Origin: Mobula birostris
Taxonomy: Eukaryota
Length of the DNA: 64,000 nt
Assembly: GCF_030028105.1 (NCBI RefSeq)
Contig: NC_092379.1
Location: forward strand, 44,564,150-44,628,149
Reading direction: 5' to 3'
Shown here: positions 61,696 to 64,000 of the stretch, piece by piece
Layout: every line of letters begins with the position of its first letter
How positions within the stretch are numbered: position 1 is the first letter of the stretch
The notes under the pieces: model-generated
The model's input: the letters and a program-made list of their open reading frames with translations, nothing else
Told to the model about the DNA's origin: nothing
Databases searched by the model: none
Program-made: the position numbers and the translations under genes

Positions 61696-62372
61696 GATTC
61701 GGTGGGGGGGGGGTGTCAGTGCAGGGTAATGTAACGGGTGGAAAAGTGCATAATTAACAACCACTGACATTGAGTTGTGTTTCTCTTTAAGAAGCTGGAC
61801 TGATGTTACGATGGAAGTACATGAAGTTGTTTTTTAAACTGTGCTTTATGTTTCTGTGTTTGTAGGGTAATTAATGAGTTGTTATGGTTCTGAAACAGAA
61901 AATGCCTCATGCCATTTTATTTGTAAAAGCCTTCACACTGCAAGAATACCGCAGTGTCAATCTGCACCAAGAAAACCTGATCACATTCTCTTGAGGTTCA
62001 ATGGCATTGCTGACTCTGAGTTTACCACCGTCAAATGCCAGCAGGGTCACAATCAGCAGAAACTCACACAAAGCAGCTCTGTTTGTATTGTGTGCTTTAG
62101 TAGGTCTGTGGGAGATACCCAGAATGTGAAGCTATAGTAATGGAGAGAGACACACTGAGCCAAGTCACAGCTTGATGGGCAGACAGGAAAACAGAGAATT
62201 TGATGTTGTGTCCTTATGCCTGAACTATGCCCAGTTAGAAGTGTTGTTCCTCCGGACAGTGTTCAGCCTCACTGTAACAGTGTGACATCAGACACCAACA
62301 TGAAAACTAAAATAATTTCAGCAGAGATATATTCTCTTTCACATGTTGATCTTCTTTGCAAACATTTTACAG

Positions 62373-62960
62373 GGCAGAAAAGGCAAAGAATTTCTGTCTG
62401 AGAATCTCAAATGCAACAGCATGTCACTTCTGCTGTGTCCATCAGTTCCCCAGCATTTGAATGCTACCAATCACTGAATATGAAGGGGGAGATGGTTGAG
62501 AAGACAGCACACCAGAGTCCCAATACATGGACTTGTCCATGGACTGACCTGATAAATGGCCATAGAGTTGATACCAGTGAGTTGACATTCACTACCACTC
62601 ATTTTGGAAGGGATTCATTAGATCAGGGCACTGCACCTGCAGATACACCAAGTTCACAGGGGGAGAGGCCATTCACCTGCTCCGTGTGTGGGACGGAATT
62701 AATTCAGTCACATGAGCTCTTACAACACCAGCCAGTTCACACCGGTGAGCAGATAGACTTGGCTCTGTTGTCTCTGTCCCTCAGTAAAGCTTCACACCTG
62801 TTCCGAGTGTGGGAGGAGATTCATTCAGTTCACCCACCGTGTGAGGCTCCAGTGAGTTTACAATTCATAGAGGACACACTTCTGTCCTGAGTCAGCAAAG
62901 AAATTTACTTAAGTCATCCCACCTGCTGAAACACCAGCAACTTCACATCAGGGAGGAAGT
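62373..62960 (+). pseudogene. C2H2 zinc-finger gene relic
   Basis: One recognisable finger GERPFTCSVCGTELIQSHELLQHQPVHTGE (~62661-62750) flanked by broken fingers (HTCSECGRRFIQ...*, HLLKHQQLH). Confidence 0.75.
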
Positions 62961-63731
62961 TAAAATAAACTCTATATGGGACTGTTAATATCAGATTCCA
63001 CAGATATTGTGGCTGCTCATCAGATCCAGGACTGAACCCTGGTCACTGAGCATTGAGGGGGTTCATCCCACCATCTTAAAATACACTGGTGTTCAATATT
63101 GTGGATCTGTCATAGACAAATAGATCAATTCCATTTCAAATCCTGTGTCTCAGGTGCTTCCTCCCTGTCACACCGATAATGAACAGTCGAGAGGCCACCC
63201 AGTCCAGCTGGTACCTGCTTGTGTTCCTATTCCACACCAGAGCTTTCAACCCCATCCCTGCTGTTCACCACTCACTCGCCCTATAATGTTCAGGATGTAA
63301 CTGGTCACCGGTCTGGGGATGAAGAGGTTTACCTTGAATTCACTCCATGACTTTCTGTGAACTGCAGAAGATGAATTTACTGGGGTTTTGTCCCAAATAT
63401 TCCTCATCCCTCACGGCTCTGGACCAAGGATGAAGTCTTGTGTGGTTAAAATCTTCCCGTCCTGCTCTATTCATTGTTTTGTGTCATTTTCACTGATTTT
63501 GAAGGGCTGTGCCTCACACTGCCAGGCTGTTGCAATACAACACTCTCCTCTAAAGTACGACAGCAGAATGGTGGAGCAGAAACAAGAGGGGTCAGCACAA
63601 ATGAGGGCTTTGGGGCTCCAGATGTGATGGAGGCTCAAGTTTACGTGGAGTAGAAGGAGGGAATCAGAAGCTACAAATGAAAGTTTAGGAACATTTGGAA
63701 ACTGATTGACTGAAAAAAGAAGTTTAAGTTT

Positions 63732-63925
63732 GCAAAATGCTGGAGGGAGTCAGTAGCCCCGGCAGCCTCTATGGAGAGGAATAAATAGTTGATATTATGG
63801 GCCAAGACACTTCATCCTATCTAGACTGTATTTGTCAGCTTAGATGCTGCCTGATCTGCTGAGTTCCCGCAGTACTTTGTGTGTGTTACTTTACAGTTTA
63901 CTCCCAGCATCTGCTGAACCTCGAG
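63732..63925. mobile_element. Penelope-derived palindromic element (degenerate)
   Basis: caaaatgctggagg..cagc.. paired with tagatgctgcctgatctgctgagttcc; hammerhead core decayed. Confidence 0.6.
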
Positions 63926-64000
63926 TTTCATATCTGCATTTCTAAGTGAGTGGGACTTTGACAGTTGTCACACAAAATGCCTGTTGACATTGAGTAATAA

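Overview
Eukaryotic, repeat-dominated vertebrate DNA. It is very probably from a cartilaginous fish (shark or ray); this is inferred from the CR1/Rex1/Penelope repeat mix, a GPR139-like receptor, a divergent H1 and a C2H2-ZNF relic. Main observation (2.2-12.8 kb, minus strand): six exons with canonical GT-AG sites join in phase into a stop-free frame of about 286 codons. Four of them are CEP350-like (one is an internal duplicate), and they lie directly upstream of PP2A scaffold (PPP2R1A/B-like) exons 4 and 5, giving a candidate CEP350-PP2A-A chimeric gene. Its PP2A part carries the equivalents of M180V and R183Q, and I found no start exon. At 41.9-58 kb is a replication-dependent histone set H4(+) H3(+) H1(-) ... 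H2A(-) H2B(-), each with a 3' stem-loop. H3 and H2B are intact, H4 starts with ACG, H1 and H2A are frameshifted, and there is an orphan H4 3' end. Also present: a GPR139-like pseudogene, a C2H2-ZNF relic, many CR1/Rex1/RTE fragments (one young CR1 RT), Penelope termini with minimal hammerhead ribozymes, a Sleeping Beauty-type Tc1 fragment, a deleted Gypsy element, two LTRs (one inflated by a 33-bp minisatellite, one spanning a 579-N gap) and a 46-bp satellite. Homology calls rest on sequences recalled from memory, not on searches. Boundaries of old repeats are approximate.
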